From an uncultured Bdellovibrionales bacterium (GTDB lineage Bacteria > Bdellovibrionota > Bdellovibrionia > Bdellovibrionales > UBA1609), in contig CAILEP010000006.1 in the NCBI GenBank assembly GCA_903833275.1, positions 111,027-175,026 of the forward strand: a DNA stretch of 64,000 nucleotides, written 5' to 3'. Position numbers and translations under genes: made by a program. Under the pieces are notes generated by a model. It was not told the DNA's origin and did no database searches. It was given only the letters and a program-made list of their open reading frames with translations. Below are positions 46,997 to 56,126 of the stretch, piece after piece (within the stretch, counting starts at the first letter, position 1; every line of letters starts with the position of its first letter).

Positions 46997-47251
46997 TTGC
47001 AAAAGGGTTTCAATTCAGACATTTCGTACAAAGGTTTGACATATCACGTGCAAACCGAAGACTGGGGTAGCGAAAACCCCTTTTTCGTCAGCCAAATATT
47101 CTTTTCTGGCGCGGTTATGAAAAGCGTAAAGATTCACTATACCAAAGTTCTGCCAGACGGCCTGAAATCTGAAGCTCGAGCTGTTCGTGTGGCCCTCGAA
47201 ACCCAACATCAATCAATTCTAGACCTCTTGGTTTCTGGCCAACTGTTTTAA
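46997..47251 (+). CDS. small hypothetical protein upstream of ftsE
   Basis: 84 aa with a TTG start. I recognise no family. Confidence 0.4.
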   Translation: MQKGFNSDISYKGLTYHVQTEDWGSENPFFVSQIFFSGAVMKSVKIHYTKVLPDGLKSEARAVRVALETQHQSILDLLVSGQLF

Positions 47252-47271
47252 CTCTTTGCTACCATAGATGA

Positions 47272-47937
47272 ATGATCGAATTCATGCACGCCTACAAAGT
47301 TTATCAGGGCGCGGTGCCTGTGCACGCGCTGAAAAATATCAACCTCACAATCGACAAGGGTGAGTTTGTCTTTTTGACCGGGCCAAGCGGCTCGGGCAAA
47401 ACAACGCTCTTTCGTTTGCTCTCGGCTTATGATCGCCCGTCGTCAGGCTCGATTAAGGTTCTCAATTTTTCGCTAAATGATTTAAATGCGGTGCAGGTGC
47501 CTACGTTTCGGCGCCACATCGGCGTGATCTATCAAGATTTCAGATTGCTTAAGCGACGTACGGTCTTTGAAAACGTAGCCCTGCCGCTCGAAGTGCGGGG
47601 TGATCGCCCCCGTCAGATTCGTGAGCAGGTTGAAAAAATAATTGATCAAGTCGGTCTTTTTCATAAGCGCGACGACTACCCCGACCATCTTTCAGGTGGA
47701 GAACAGCAGCGGGTCGCAATAGCACGCGCCCTCGTTCATAAGCCCGGCGTTCTCATCGCCGATGAGCCCACGGGCAATCTTGACCCCCACTTAGCGAAAG
47801 AAATTATTTCGTTACTCGACAAAGTAAATGCCCAGGGCACAACGGTGTTCATCGCGACCCATGATCACGAACTTGTAAAAGCTTATTCTCGTCGAACAAT
47901 ACAAATCGCCGATGGGCAAATCGTTAAATCGTCATAG
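47272..47937 (+). CDS. ftsE: cell-division ABC ATPase FtsE
   Basis: GPSGSGKTT, LSGGEQQR, ADEPTGNLD and ATHD motifs. Followed by ftsX. Confidence 0.9.
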   Translation: MIEFMHAYKVYQGAVPVHALKNINLTIDKGEFVFLTGPSGSGKTTLFRLLSAYDRPSSGSIKVLNFSLNDLNAVQVPTFRRHIGVIYQDFRLLKRRTVFENVALPLEVRGDRPRQIREQVEKIIDQVGLFHKRDDYPDHLSGGEQQRVAIARALVHKPGVLIADEPTGNLDPHLAKEIISLLDKVNAQGTTVFIATHDHELVKAYSRRTIQIADGQIVKSS

Positions 47938-47957
47938 GATTTTCTCGAAAGGTATAT

Positions 47958-48896
47958 ATGAGCACCGGGGCCCTACATAATTTTATCAGAACTTGGCGGC
48001 AGCAGCCGACGACGTACTTTGCCACTTTGAGTGTTCTAATTGGCAGCTTTACAATTCTCGCAATCGCGCTGCTCATTCAACAGAATATTGAGCGGGCGCT
48101 CACCCAATGGGGCCGCGAAGTTAAGGTCAGCGTTTATTTGAGCGAAAGTGAAGACCAAGCAAAGTCGGCTGAGGTTAGAAAAAAAATAGACGAATCCGGC
48201 TATTTTTCAAAAGTCTCATTTCTCTCGAAGGGCGAAGCGCTGACCAAATTTAAAACTCGAGTAAACGAATATGCTCCGGGTCTTCTGGCCGATCTGGAGA
48301 ATGACAACCCCTTGCCGGCTAGTTTCGAAATGACAATCGAGGGGGGCGTTAAGAGCAATCGACAGTTTCAAAAGCTTGTCGACTGGGCCAAAAATATGAA
48401 GACAGTTGCCGGGGTAGACGAAGTTTCTTATGGGCAAGGTTGGGTTGAGAATTACGCCTCGGTCTTAAAAGTATTTGGCTTTACCAGTTGGATTTTTATT
48501 TTCGTAATGCTGACCGGCAGCTTGTTTGTGATTGGAAACTCAATTCGCAATTCGATTTCTCAGAGACGCGATGAAATTGAAATATTAGAATTGTTTGGGG
48601 CAACGCGCGGTATGATTCTCTGGCCGTACGTTTTCGAAGGCCTGGTTTTGGGTTTTCTTGCAGCACTACTTGCTATCGTCGCGACATATTTACTCTATAT
48701 TTGGCAAACGGACTTAATGATGCGCGAGTTGACTTTCTGGGATGTAAAAACTCAAGTTGAGTTTCTCAGCGCCCCGCGCATGCTATTGGCATTGGTTCTT
48801 GGCACCAGTCTTGGTGGCCTCGGCTCATTTATGTGGGCGAAAAATGTAAGCTCTGGCTGGGCCGCGGCGGAGGCAACAGCGCGATGGAGCGATTAG
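47958..48896 (+). CDS. ftsX: cell-division ABC permease-like protein FtsX
   Basis: 312 aa, 4 TM helices with a large first periplasmic loop. Confidence 0.85.
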   Translation: MSTGALHNFIRTWRQQPTTYFATLSVLIGSFTILAIALLIQQNIERALTQWGREVKVSVYLSESEDQAKSAEVRKKIDESGYFSKVSFLSKGEALTKFKTRVNEYAPGLLADLENDNPLPASFEMTIEGGVKSNRQFQKLVDWAKNMKTVAGVDEVSYGQGWVENYASVLKVFGFTSWIFIFVMLTGSLFVIGNSIRNSISQRRDEIEILELFGATRGMILWPYVFEGLVLGFLAALLAIVATYLLYIWQTDLMMRELTFWDVKTQVEFLSAPRMLLALVLGTSLGGLGSFMWAKNVSSGWAAAEATARWSD

Positions 48897-49972
48897 TTGC
48901 TGGTTTTCTTACAGCTACATTTTGTCTTTCTGCAGCCACAGTGTTTGCCGAGAACCCAGCGGCAGAAGTTGTCGCCGAGAAATATGAAATTGAAAGAATT
49001 AAGGTTAATGCCACCGATCAATTGAGTCGTACTGTTATGGGCTCGCTCTACGAAATAAATCGACGCATGAAGAGCGTGAGTCGAAAGCGCGACGATCTAA
49101 ATAACAAAATGTTAAGTGTCGAGGGCGGAGTAAAGATACTCGCGCGAAATGCCGGCGAACTTGAGTCGCGCTTGAACGAGCAGCGCCATCAGCTTTCAAA
49201 GCGCTTACGCGCAATGTACCTGATCGGCGATGAGGGCGTGGTGCGCGTACTATTTTCTTCATCAAGCGCGCAGGATCTCGATCAAAGTCTCAAATTCTTG
49301 CGATTAATTTCGAAACACGACATCGAGCTGATTCGAAACTACCGCCATAATTTACAGGAGCTCAATCGCAAGCGTGAGCGCCTCGGGCGCGAGGTTAAGA
49401 GTTTACTGTCGATTAAAGACAGAATTAAAAAGCAAGAGCTGCAGCTTGAGACGGATCAAACCTCAAAAGCCGGCCTATTGCATAAATTGGCCGCAGAGCA
49501 TCGGCGCACAATTGAGAAGATGGCAGCGCTTAGGGGTAAGGCTGAAGATCAGCAATTACTAGACCTTATGAATTTGTCATTTTTCGAGCAAAAAGGGCAG
49601 CTTGTGCGTCCCGTTGATGGCGCTGTGTCTCAGGCTTTTGGTCTGACCCAAAGCGAAGACTATCGCTATAAACTGAGTCACAAGGGGTTCGAATATCTTT
49701 TGGGTGGTGAAAAACCCGTGAAGGCCGTTTTTAAAGGTCGAATTTCTTTTGCCGGCAACATCGATGGCTATGGTGAGACTATTATTATTGATCACGGTGA
49801 TCATTACTATACAGTTTACGCAGGCCTCGATTCAACTACGGTTAGTTTGGGCCAACGGGTGGATAAAGAGACTCGAATCGCATCGGCAAAGAGCAAAATG
49901 TATTTTGAGCTCCGGCATTTTTCTGATGCGATTGACCCTGGGCCCTGGCTCAAGCAATCGAAAAGCCTCTAG
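48884..49972 (+). CDS. EnvC-like murein hydrolase activator (coiled coil + degenerate M23/LytM domain)
   Basis: ATG 48884 after GGAGG. Signal peptide, a long coiled coil, and a LytM block DGYGETIIIDHGDHYYTVYAGL lacking the HxH motif. Confidence 0.75.
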   Translation: MERLVAGFLTATFCLSAATVFAENPAAEVVAEKYEIERIKVNATDQLSRTVMGSLYEINRRMKSVSRKRDDLNNKMLSVEGGVKILARNAGELESRLNEQRHQLSKRLRAMYLIGDEGVVRVLFSSSSAQDLDQSLKFLRLISKHDIELIRNYRHNLQELNRKRERLGREVKSLLSIKDRIKKQELQLETDQTSKAGLLHKLAAEHRRTIEKMAALRGKAEDQQLLDLMNLSFFEQKGQLVRPVDGAVSQAFGLTQSEDYRYKLSHKGFEYLLGGEKPVKAVFKGRISFAGNIDGYGETIIIDHGDHYYTVYAGLDSTTVSLGQRVDKETRIASAKSKMYFELRHFSDAIDPGPWLKQSKSL

Positions 49973-49984
49973 GAGGGCGACGAC

Positions 49985-51526
49985 ATGAAGGCGAACCCAA
50001 CAAGAAAATTTATTTTTAAAAGTTTCATAGTGGTCATGGCGGTGGCGGCCATCGTGCATGTGACCGAAATGAAAAGCTTCGCGAAAGATCGCTATGATGA
50101 TCTTCAGCTCTTTGCAAAAGTGCTGAATCTTGTCCAGCAATACTACATTGAAGAGGTTGACACTAAGAAGCTCATTTACGGAGGCATCAAGGGGATGCTC
50201 AGAGAGCTCGACCCGCACACAAATTTTCTACCGCCCGAAATTTTCAAAGAATTCGAATCTGAAACGAGTGGCGAGTTCGGCGGGCTTGGCATTGAGATCA
50301 CCGTGCAGCAGGGCGTGCTGACTGTGATTTCTCCAATTGAAGATACTCCGGCATTTAAGGCGGGCATTAAAGCGGGCGACAAGATCGTTTCAATTAATGG
50401 CGATTCAACAAAAGGGCTGACGCTTGTAGAGGCCGCTCAAAAAATGAAGGGCTCGAAGGGCTCAAAAGTCATTCTTGGTATTTTTCGCGAGGGCTTTGAA
50501 CAGCCGAAAGACTTTGGCGTCGTGCGCGGGGTTGTGAAGATCAAATCCGTTAAGTACACAGATTTTGATGACGGCTACGCCTACATTCGATTGACGAGTT
50601 TTATCGAGAATTCAGGTAAAGATATGCGACGAGAAATTGAAAAGCATATGAAAAAATACAAAGGCATGAAGGGTCTTATTCTCGATTTGCGTAGAAACCC
50701 GGGTGGCCTTCTTGATCAGGCAATCGAAATTGGCAATTTATTTATCGATAAAGGCGTAATTGTTACGACCATGGATCGAAATAAAAAAGAAAAGAAAGTT
50801 GTGACCGCCAATGCTGAAAACACTCTACCAAGCTTTCCGTTAATCGTTCTAATTGACGAATACTCTGCAAGCGCGAGTGAAATTGTGGCCGGCGCCCTAC
50901 AAGATCAAAAGCGCGCAATCATTATGGGGCAGCGTAGTTTTGGTAAAGGGTCAGTTCAAAGCGTAGTTCGACTCGGCGATGGCTCGGGCCTAAAGTTGAC
51001 TGTTGCGCGGTACTACACTCCAAGTGGGCGTTCGATTCAGGCCGCCGGTATTTCGCCCGATGTGGTTGTTGAAAATGTAAACCCTGAAACTCTTGAAAAG
51101 GCTTTGATTAAAACCAAAGCGCGCCGCGAGCGCGACATGAAGGGTCACCTGGTAAATGAGAGTGAGGGTTACGAAGAAGACGAAGACACTGATGCTGGCA
51201 ACAAAGATAAAAAAGACAAAAAAGAGGCGCAAGCGACGACGAGCCACTTTATGCCACTTTGGTGGAGCGACGATGAGCAAACAAAAACTCAGAGCGCCAC
51301 ACCTAAAGCAAAATTACTAAAAGAGGATTTTCAACTTTTGCAGGCCTACAATTATCTGCGCGCCTGGAAGGTCATGAAAAACTTTGACGAAGTAAAAGAT
51401 GCGCCAAAAGAAGCGGTGAAAGAGGTTTCGAAAGAGACGCCCAAAGAAGCTGCGAAAGAGCTGGCGCCTAAGGCCCCGGTGGTTAAAGACCCTGCGACCG
51501 TAAAGCCAAAGCCAGCGAAGAAGTAA
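49985..51526 (+). CDS. S41 carboxy-terminal processing protease
   Basis: PDZ domain, ASASEI (Ser) and SFGKGSVQ (Lys) motifs, and a Lys/Glu-rich C-terminal tail. Confidence 0.85.
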   Translation: MKANPTRKFIFKSFIVVMAVAAIVHVTEMKSFAKDRYDDLQLFAKVLNLVQQYYIEEVDTKKLIYGGIKGMLRELDPHTNFLPPEIFKEFESETSGEFGGLGIEITVQQGVLTVISPIEDTPAFKAGIKAGDKIVSINGDSTKGLTLVEAAQKMKGSKGSKVILGIFREGFEQPKDFGVVRGVVKIKSVKYTDFDDGYAYIRLTSFIENSGKDMRREIEKHMKKYKGMKGLILDLRRNPGGLLDQAIEIGNLFIDKGVIVTTMDRNKKEKKVVTANAENTLPSFPLIVLIDEYSASASEIVAGALQDQKRAIIMGQRSFGKGSVQSVVRLGDGSGLKLTVARYYTPSGRSIQAAGISPDVVVENVNPETLEKALIKTKARRERDMKGHLVNESEGYEEDEDTDAGNKDKKDKKEAQATTSHFMPLWWSDDEQTKTQSATPKAKLLKEDFQLLQAYNYLRAWKVMKNFDEVKDAPKEAVKEVSKETPKEAAKELAPKAPVVKDPATVKPKPAKK

Positions 51527-51529
51527 TTT

Positions 51530-51982
51530 TTATCGGATGTTATTTTTTTTTAGTTCAAGGGCGAGTTCGTGCAGCGAATTCATAATGGGCTCAAGCTCGT
51601 CGCCGGGGCGAAGGGGCCTTTTTTCGTCATATTTGCCGCTGCGAAGTAGGTCGATATATTTTAGGATTGCATGCATTGGGCCAGCAACACGGTGGCTGAC
51701 CACCACTCCATAAAGAATACTTACAAAGATTGAGATAAGAAAAAACAGCAATGAGATGGTCAAAATTTTTTGAAGGCTGCTGTCGATCTGAAGCTGCGAA
51801 TTAATTGGCAGAGTGTTTACGTTCGCAATAATAACTCGGGTTTGATTTATTAGCGTCTCAAAAATAACGAGAATGATGCCGAGAAGGCCGGCCGAAAGAG
51901 CGACATAATTTAAAATCGCGCGCGATTGAAACGGTCGATCAATAAAGAAGTTTTTTATCTTTCGCTTGTGAGTCTTCTGCAC
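51530..51982 (-). CDS. two-TM protein with a HAMP-like domain and no output domain
   Basis: 150 aa with a GTG start. Two TM helices followed by HRVAGPMHAILKYIDLLRSG....PGDELEPIMNSLHELALEL. Confidence 0.5.
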   Translation of the reverse strand: MQKTHKRKIKNFFIDRPFQSRAILNYVALSAGLLGIILVIFETLINQTRVIIANVNTLPINSQLQIDSSLQKILTISLLFFLISIFVSILYGVVVSHRVAGPMHAILKYIDLLRSGKYDEKRPLRPGDELEPIMNSLHELALELKKNNIR

Positions 51983-52072
51983 AGTTAGCCTTGAAATCTA
52001 AATTCGATCTTGCGAGCGTCTTAGTCACTATGCTAGCGTTTAATTGAAAAATTACGCAATAAGGAGTTGGGT

Positions 52073-52657
52073 GTGACGAAAACTATAAGTGCAACATTGG
52101 GTGTGACTCTACTTTGGTCGAGTTTTCTATTTTCGGCTGCGCAGGCAGCGCCGATTCATTTTTCGTCAGGTGATACTTTTCATGCTGAGCATCTTCAGGG
52201 GTTAGTGAATCTCACTTGTCAGGACGGAAATCACCGAGAGTACACACTCGTACAATGCGCGGGCGATATCCTGTCGCCGGGCGAATTCGACTATCTAGTG
52301 TCGGATGAAGCGCTCGACGCGACAGCGATCACTCTGCACAACAAAGTCGGAAGGCGAAACGTTGTACAAAAAAGAAAGTACAGTTCGGCGTTGAAGCGAA
52401 GCACGACTCGTTACAATTTGTGGGTGTGGACGTTAACTCAAAGTGGGCTGCTTGATTACGGTAAGAATCAGGTTTCTTACGACCTTTTAAGGGGCGGCAA
52501 GTCGGTTGGTGCTGGGCAATTTGAGGTCAATGTAGAAGATGGCGGCGTAAAACAGTGCGGTGATTACAGCATGTTTTCTGGCAATATCATGGACTGCCGC
52601 GGCCAAACAGCTACTGTGTGCGATCAGTATTTTAGAATGTTGAACTATTGCCAGTAA
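52073..52657 (+). CDS. secreted Cys-containing hypothetical protein
   Basis: GTG 52073 lies 6 nt after AAGGAG. Signal peptide ...FLFSAAQA. Confidence 0.55.
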   Translation: MTKTISATLGVTLLWSSFLFSAAQAAPIHFSSGDTFHAEHLQGLVNLTCQDGNHREYTLVQCAGDILSPGEFDYLVSDEALDATAITLHNKVGRRNVVQKRKYSSALKRSTTRYNLWVWTLTQSGLLDYGKNQVSYDLLRGGKSVGAGQFEVNVEDGGVKQCGDYSMFSGNIMDCRGQTATVCDQYFRMLNYCQ

Positions 52658-52721
52658 TTTATTTGGCTGCAGGATGTTGAGCAACCCAATTAAGGTCGCT
52701 CAAATCTAAAGCGTAAAGCTT

Positions 52722-52747
52722 TAGGCGTCGAGATGACGCCTATTTTT
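52722..52747. terminator. hairpin terminator shared by convergent genes
   Basis: 8-bp stem TAGGCGTC/GACGCCTA with a 5-nt loop, then TTTTT on the + strand. The stem contains the tig stop codon. Confidence 0.6.
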
Positions 52748-54050
52748 CTGACAGTTTCTCGCGCGGTAACTCAGTCACATCAGCGCGTTCAACCAAGAAG
52801 TTAACCACTTTTTCTTCAGTAATTTGATAAACCAATTGGTTTAGGCGATCGCGGTCACCCATGTAGAATTCGCGAACGCGAGCTTGCTCAACGCCCGTTT
52901 GCTTGGCGTAGCGATCAATGCGGGCGTCGATTTCGGCTTTAGTCGGAACAAGTTTGTTCTCTTCAGCTAAAGTGTCGATCAAAAAGTGAGTTTGGATTAC
53001 AAACTCAGCGGTTTCGTCGAAGTCTTTGTCCCATTTCGCTTTGTATTCTTCAAAATCTGTCGGTGTCATGCCTTGTTTTTTTGTTCGCTCTTCAACATCG
53101 GCAATGATCAACTGTTTCTGGCGTGCCTTCAGGGTCGGCGGCACTTCAAGCGGGTTTTCTTTAACAAGAGCCTTAAGAACGCGAGACTTGAATTCGTCTT
53201 GAACGCGCTTGCTGTCTTCTTGCATGACGTCGTCAGAAATCGCTTTGCGAAGTGCTTCTATGTTTTCAAAATTACCGAGGCTCTTAACGAAGGCTTCATC
53301 GATCGGCGGAAGATCTTTTCTCAAAACCGCCTTTAGAGTCACTGCAAAAACAACGGCTTTGCCGGCGATCTCTTTGTGACCATAATCGGCCGGAAAGCTC
53401 AGGTGCAGTTCTTTCTGGCCCCCAGCGCGCATGCCCAAAATGCCATCTTCAAAACCAGGTATAAACGAGTTTGAACCGAGCTCAAGCTTATGACCAGCGG
53501 CCGTGCCGCCCTCAAGGGGTTTGCCATCAATCGTGCCCGCGAAATCAACCTCGGCCACGTCGCCTTTTTGGGCCGGGCGATCTTCAATAATGGGCACAAG
53601 TTGGGCGCGGCTCTCGCGAAGTTGAGTCAAAATCGAATCAACTTTTTCGTTATTAACGTCGAGTTTCTCTTTTTCGATCTGCAGCTTGTCGATTTTGCGG
53701 ATTTTGACTTCTGGTCGAATTTCAAATTCAGCTGTAAAATTAAAAACAGTCGCTTCTTCGAGTTTGTCGAAGTTAACCTGTGGTTGTGTAACGGGGTGAA
53801 GCGAATGCTCGTCGAGAGCATGGGCGTAGGCTTCATTGATCAGTTCTTCTAGAACGTCCTGTTTCACCTTATCGGTGTACATCGACTTGATCATTTGAAT
53901 AGGCGCTTTGCCTTTTCGAAAGCCTTTTATGTTAGCGTTTTTTTGCAAACCTTTGTAAACTCGTTCGAATGTCGACTTCACGGTCTCGACAGGTACTTCG
54001 ACGGTCAATTTGCGGCCCAGATTACCCTTTTTTTCGAGGGAGGTTTTCAT
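52740..54050 (-). CDS. tig: trigger factor
   Basis: 436 aa with ribosome-binding GFRKGKAP motif, an FKBP domain and a C-terminal arm domain. Confidence 0.92.
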   Translation of the reverse strand: MKTSLEKKGNLGRKLTVEVPVETVKSTFERVYKGLQKNANIKGFRKGKAPIQMIKSMYTDKVKQDVLEELINEAYAHALDEHSLHPVTQPQVNFDKLEEATVFNFTAEFEIRPEVKIRKIDKLQIEKEKLDVNNEKVDSILTQLRESRAQLVPIIEDRPAQKGDVAEVDFAGTIDGKPLEGGTAAGHKLELGSNSFIPGFEDGILGMRAGGQKELHLSFPADYGHKEIAGKAVVFAVTLKAVLRKDLPPIDEAFVKSLGNFENIEALRKAISDDVMQEDSKRVQDEFKSRVLKALVKENPLEVPPTLKARQKQLIIADVEERTKKQGMTPTDFEEYKAKWDKDFDETAEFVIQTHFLIDTLAEENKLVPTKAEIDARIDRYAKQTGVEQARVREFYMGDRDRLNQLVYQITEEKVVNFLVERADVTELPREKLSEK

Positions 54051-54112
54051 GAATTCTCCTTGTAAAAGCAGACCGTTATAGAAAAGTCGGCGCCAGAACG
54101 CAAGGGGAATGC

Positions 54113-55018
54113 TTGGGCTTTGCGAACGAAAATCAACGAATTGTGTTCATTACCGGCAAAGGCGGTGTGGGTAAGTCGGCTATTGCTGCGGCCATCGCCC
54201 AAAAGTACGCTTTGGGCGGCGCTAAGACGCTTCTCGTTGAGCTGGGCGAACACAGCTATTTTGAACACGTTTATCGCCGCCCTATTCGATATGAGCCAAC
54301 TGAAATTAAGCCCAATTTTTACATTTCTTTGTGGAGTGGCGAGCCCTGCCTGCGCGAATATGTTTTCCATCTGATTCGGGTGAAAAAAATAGTCGATTTA
54401 TTTTTTGAAAACAAAATTATGCGCACCTTTATTCGAGCGGCACCAGCCCTTAAAGAACTGGCCGTGCTCGGCAAAATCACTAGCGGCATTCGAAAGTGGG
54501 GGCCGCCTCTTGATTTTGACTATATCGTAATCGACGCCTTTTCATCCGGGCACTTCATGGCACTGCTACGAGCGCCGAAAGGAATGGCCGATTTAATTGC
54601 AGCAGGCCCGATGGGCGAGCAAAGCCGTCTGATAGACGAGGTCCTGCGTCGGACAAATCTCTGTGAGTTTAAAATCGTCACGCTGCCCGAAGAATTGCCG
54701 GTTTCTGAAGCCATAGAGCTGCACTCTGAACTTGTCGCCGAGATGGGCCAGTCGGCAGAAATCATTTGTAATCGTGTCTATCAGAGCGCCCTAAGCGAGG
54801 GTGACGTTAAGGGGTTTCAGGCCAATACGAACGATAGGGCCACCCGAGACTTTACTGATTTTCTACTCAGAACACTTGAGGGGCAAAAAACAAATTTGAG
54901 CGAGCTTAAAAGCGCGCATCCGGGTTTTGAGACAAGGCCATTTATTTTTTCAGCTCAAGGCCTCGAGGTTATCAATCAACTTCAACTATCGAAAGACCAC
55001 CATGCAGCAACTTTTTAA
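54113..55018 (+). CDS. ArsA/Get3-family P-loop ATPase, subunit 1 (Switch I Asp absent)
   Basis: TTG start after AAGGGGA. P-loop GKGGVGKS. LVELGEHS occupies the place of the TDPAH block. DAFSSGH Switch II-like. Confidence 0.65.
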   Translation: MGFANENQRIVFITGKGGVGKSAIAAAIAQKYALGGAKTLLVELGEHSYFEHVYRRPIRYEPTEIKPNFYISLWSGEPCLREYVFHLIRVKKIVDLFFENKIMRTFIRAAPALKELAVLGKITSGIRKWGPPLDFDYIVIDAFSSGHFMALLRAPKGMADLIAAGPMGEQSRLIDEVLRRTNLCEFKIVTLPEELPVSEAIELHSELVAEMGQSAEIICNRVYQSALSEGDVKGFQANTNDRATRDFTDFLLRTLEGQKTNLSELKSAHPGFETRPFIFSAQGLEVINQLQLSKDHHAATF

Positions 55019-56126
55019 GGCCCACAAAGTTTTGATATGCGTGGGCAGCGGTGGTGTCGGCAAAACGACGCTCTCGGCAAGTCTCGGGATTTGCGCCGCT
55101 CAACTCGGCCTAAAAACGCTCGTGATGACAATCGACCCGTCACGACGCTTAAAAGTCGCGCTTGGGGTTGATAGCAGTACGGTCAAGCCCGTGCGCGTGC
55201 CGGGCCAAAAATATTCTGGCGAACTCTGGGCTTGCCTTTTGAATGCTGAGGAGATTTTTCGCGATTTCATTATCAATTCGTCAACCAACCCCGAGCTGGC
55301 CCAACAACTTCTGAAAAATAGACTCTATCAGCAGCTGTCGACGACCTTGAGTGGTTCGCAAGAATTCACGTCGCTTTTGCAGCTAACAAAAATAACGCAA
55401 GAGCAGAATTATGATTTGATCATTCTTGATACTCCGCCTGCGCAGCACGCGATTGATTTCTTAGAGGCGCCCGAGAAAATTCGCGCACTCTTTCAAGACC
55501 GAGTCGTGCGCTGGTTTGTGGGCGAAGAAGAGGGCAGCAGTTTTATTCAAAAAATTATAGCACGCAGCACTCATATCGTTCTTTCGGCGCTCGAGCGCAT
55601 TACCGGCAGTACATTTATGAAAGAGCTCAATCATTTCTTTGCTACCGTTCGCACGGTGCAGGCAAAGATTTCTGAGAGAACGGAGATTGTGCAAGAAATC
55701 TTGCATGCAGAAAGCACGGGATTTCTTTTAGTGACCGGCTTTGACGAGGCCAAACTGAGAGAGGCTGAGGCGCTTTTTGGTTATCTTGATTCGAATAAGT
55801 ACCACTTGCGCGGGGCATTCATCAATCGAGCCTTTGTGCCGGCGCTCAGGCCGTTGCCGGCGGCCACCGAACCAAAGCTTGTGGCCGAATATGCTCAATG
55901 GGCCACCTTCTATCAATCCCGCGAAGTGTTTTTTCAAGATTTTACTGAAAAGTGGCAGGCGCGAGTTCCGGTTGTGCGTTTGCCCGAATTAAGCCAAGAT
56001 ACTAGTGGGCTCGACGGCCTGGAGGTTTTCGCTCATGAAATGGGTTCAGCCTATACTCAGCAAAATGGTCATAATAACGTTTCCACTAACCATAAGCCTG
56101 GCGCTGAGCGCGTGCAGCCACGCTAA
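55002..56126 (+). CDS. ArsA/Get3-family P-loop ATPase, subunit 2 (signature Lys absent)
   Basis: ATG 55002, 17-nt overlap with subunit 1. P-loop GSGGVGKT, TIDPSRR Switch I, LDTPPAQH Switch II. Confidence 0.7.
   Translation: MQQLFKAHKVLICVGSGGVGKTTLSASLGICAAQLGLKTLVMTIDPSRRLKVALGVDSSTVKPVRVPGQKYSGELWACLLNAEEIFRDFIINSSTNPELAQQLLKNRLYQQLSTTLSGSQEFTSLLQLTKITQEQNYDLIILDTPPAQHAIDFLEAPEKIRALFQDRVVRWFVGEEEGSSFIQKIIARSTHIVLSALERITGSTFMKELNHFFATVRTVQAKISERTEIVQEILHAESTGFLLVTGFDEAKLREAEALFGYLDSNKYHLRGAFINRAFVPALRPLPAATEPKLVAEYAQWATFYQSREVFFQDFTEKWQARVPVVRLPELSQDTSGLDGLEVFAHEMGSAYTQQNGHNNVSTNHKPGAERVQPR

Noticed and set aside
49985-51526. Lys/Glu/Pro-rich tails and linkers (CtpA C-terminus, PepA insert, cyclophilin and TolA linkers) as a shared mobile module
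   Set aside because: The segments differ in sequence and are simple compositional linkers common in envelope proteins. There is no evidence of a shared repeat at the DNA level.
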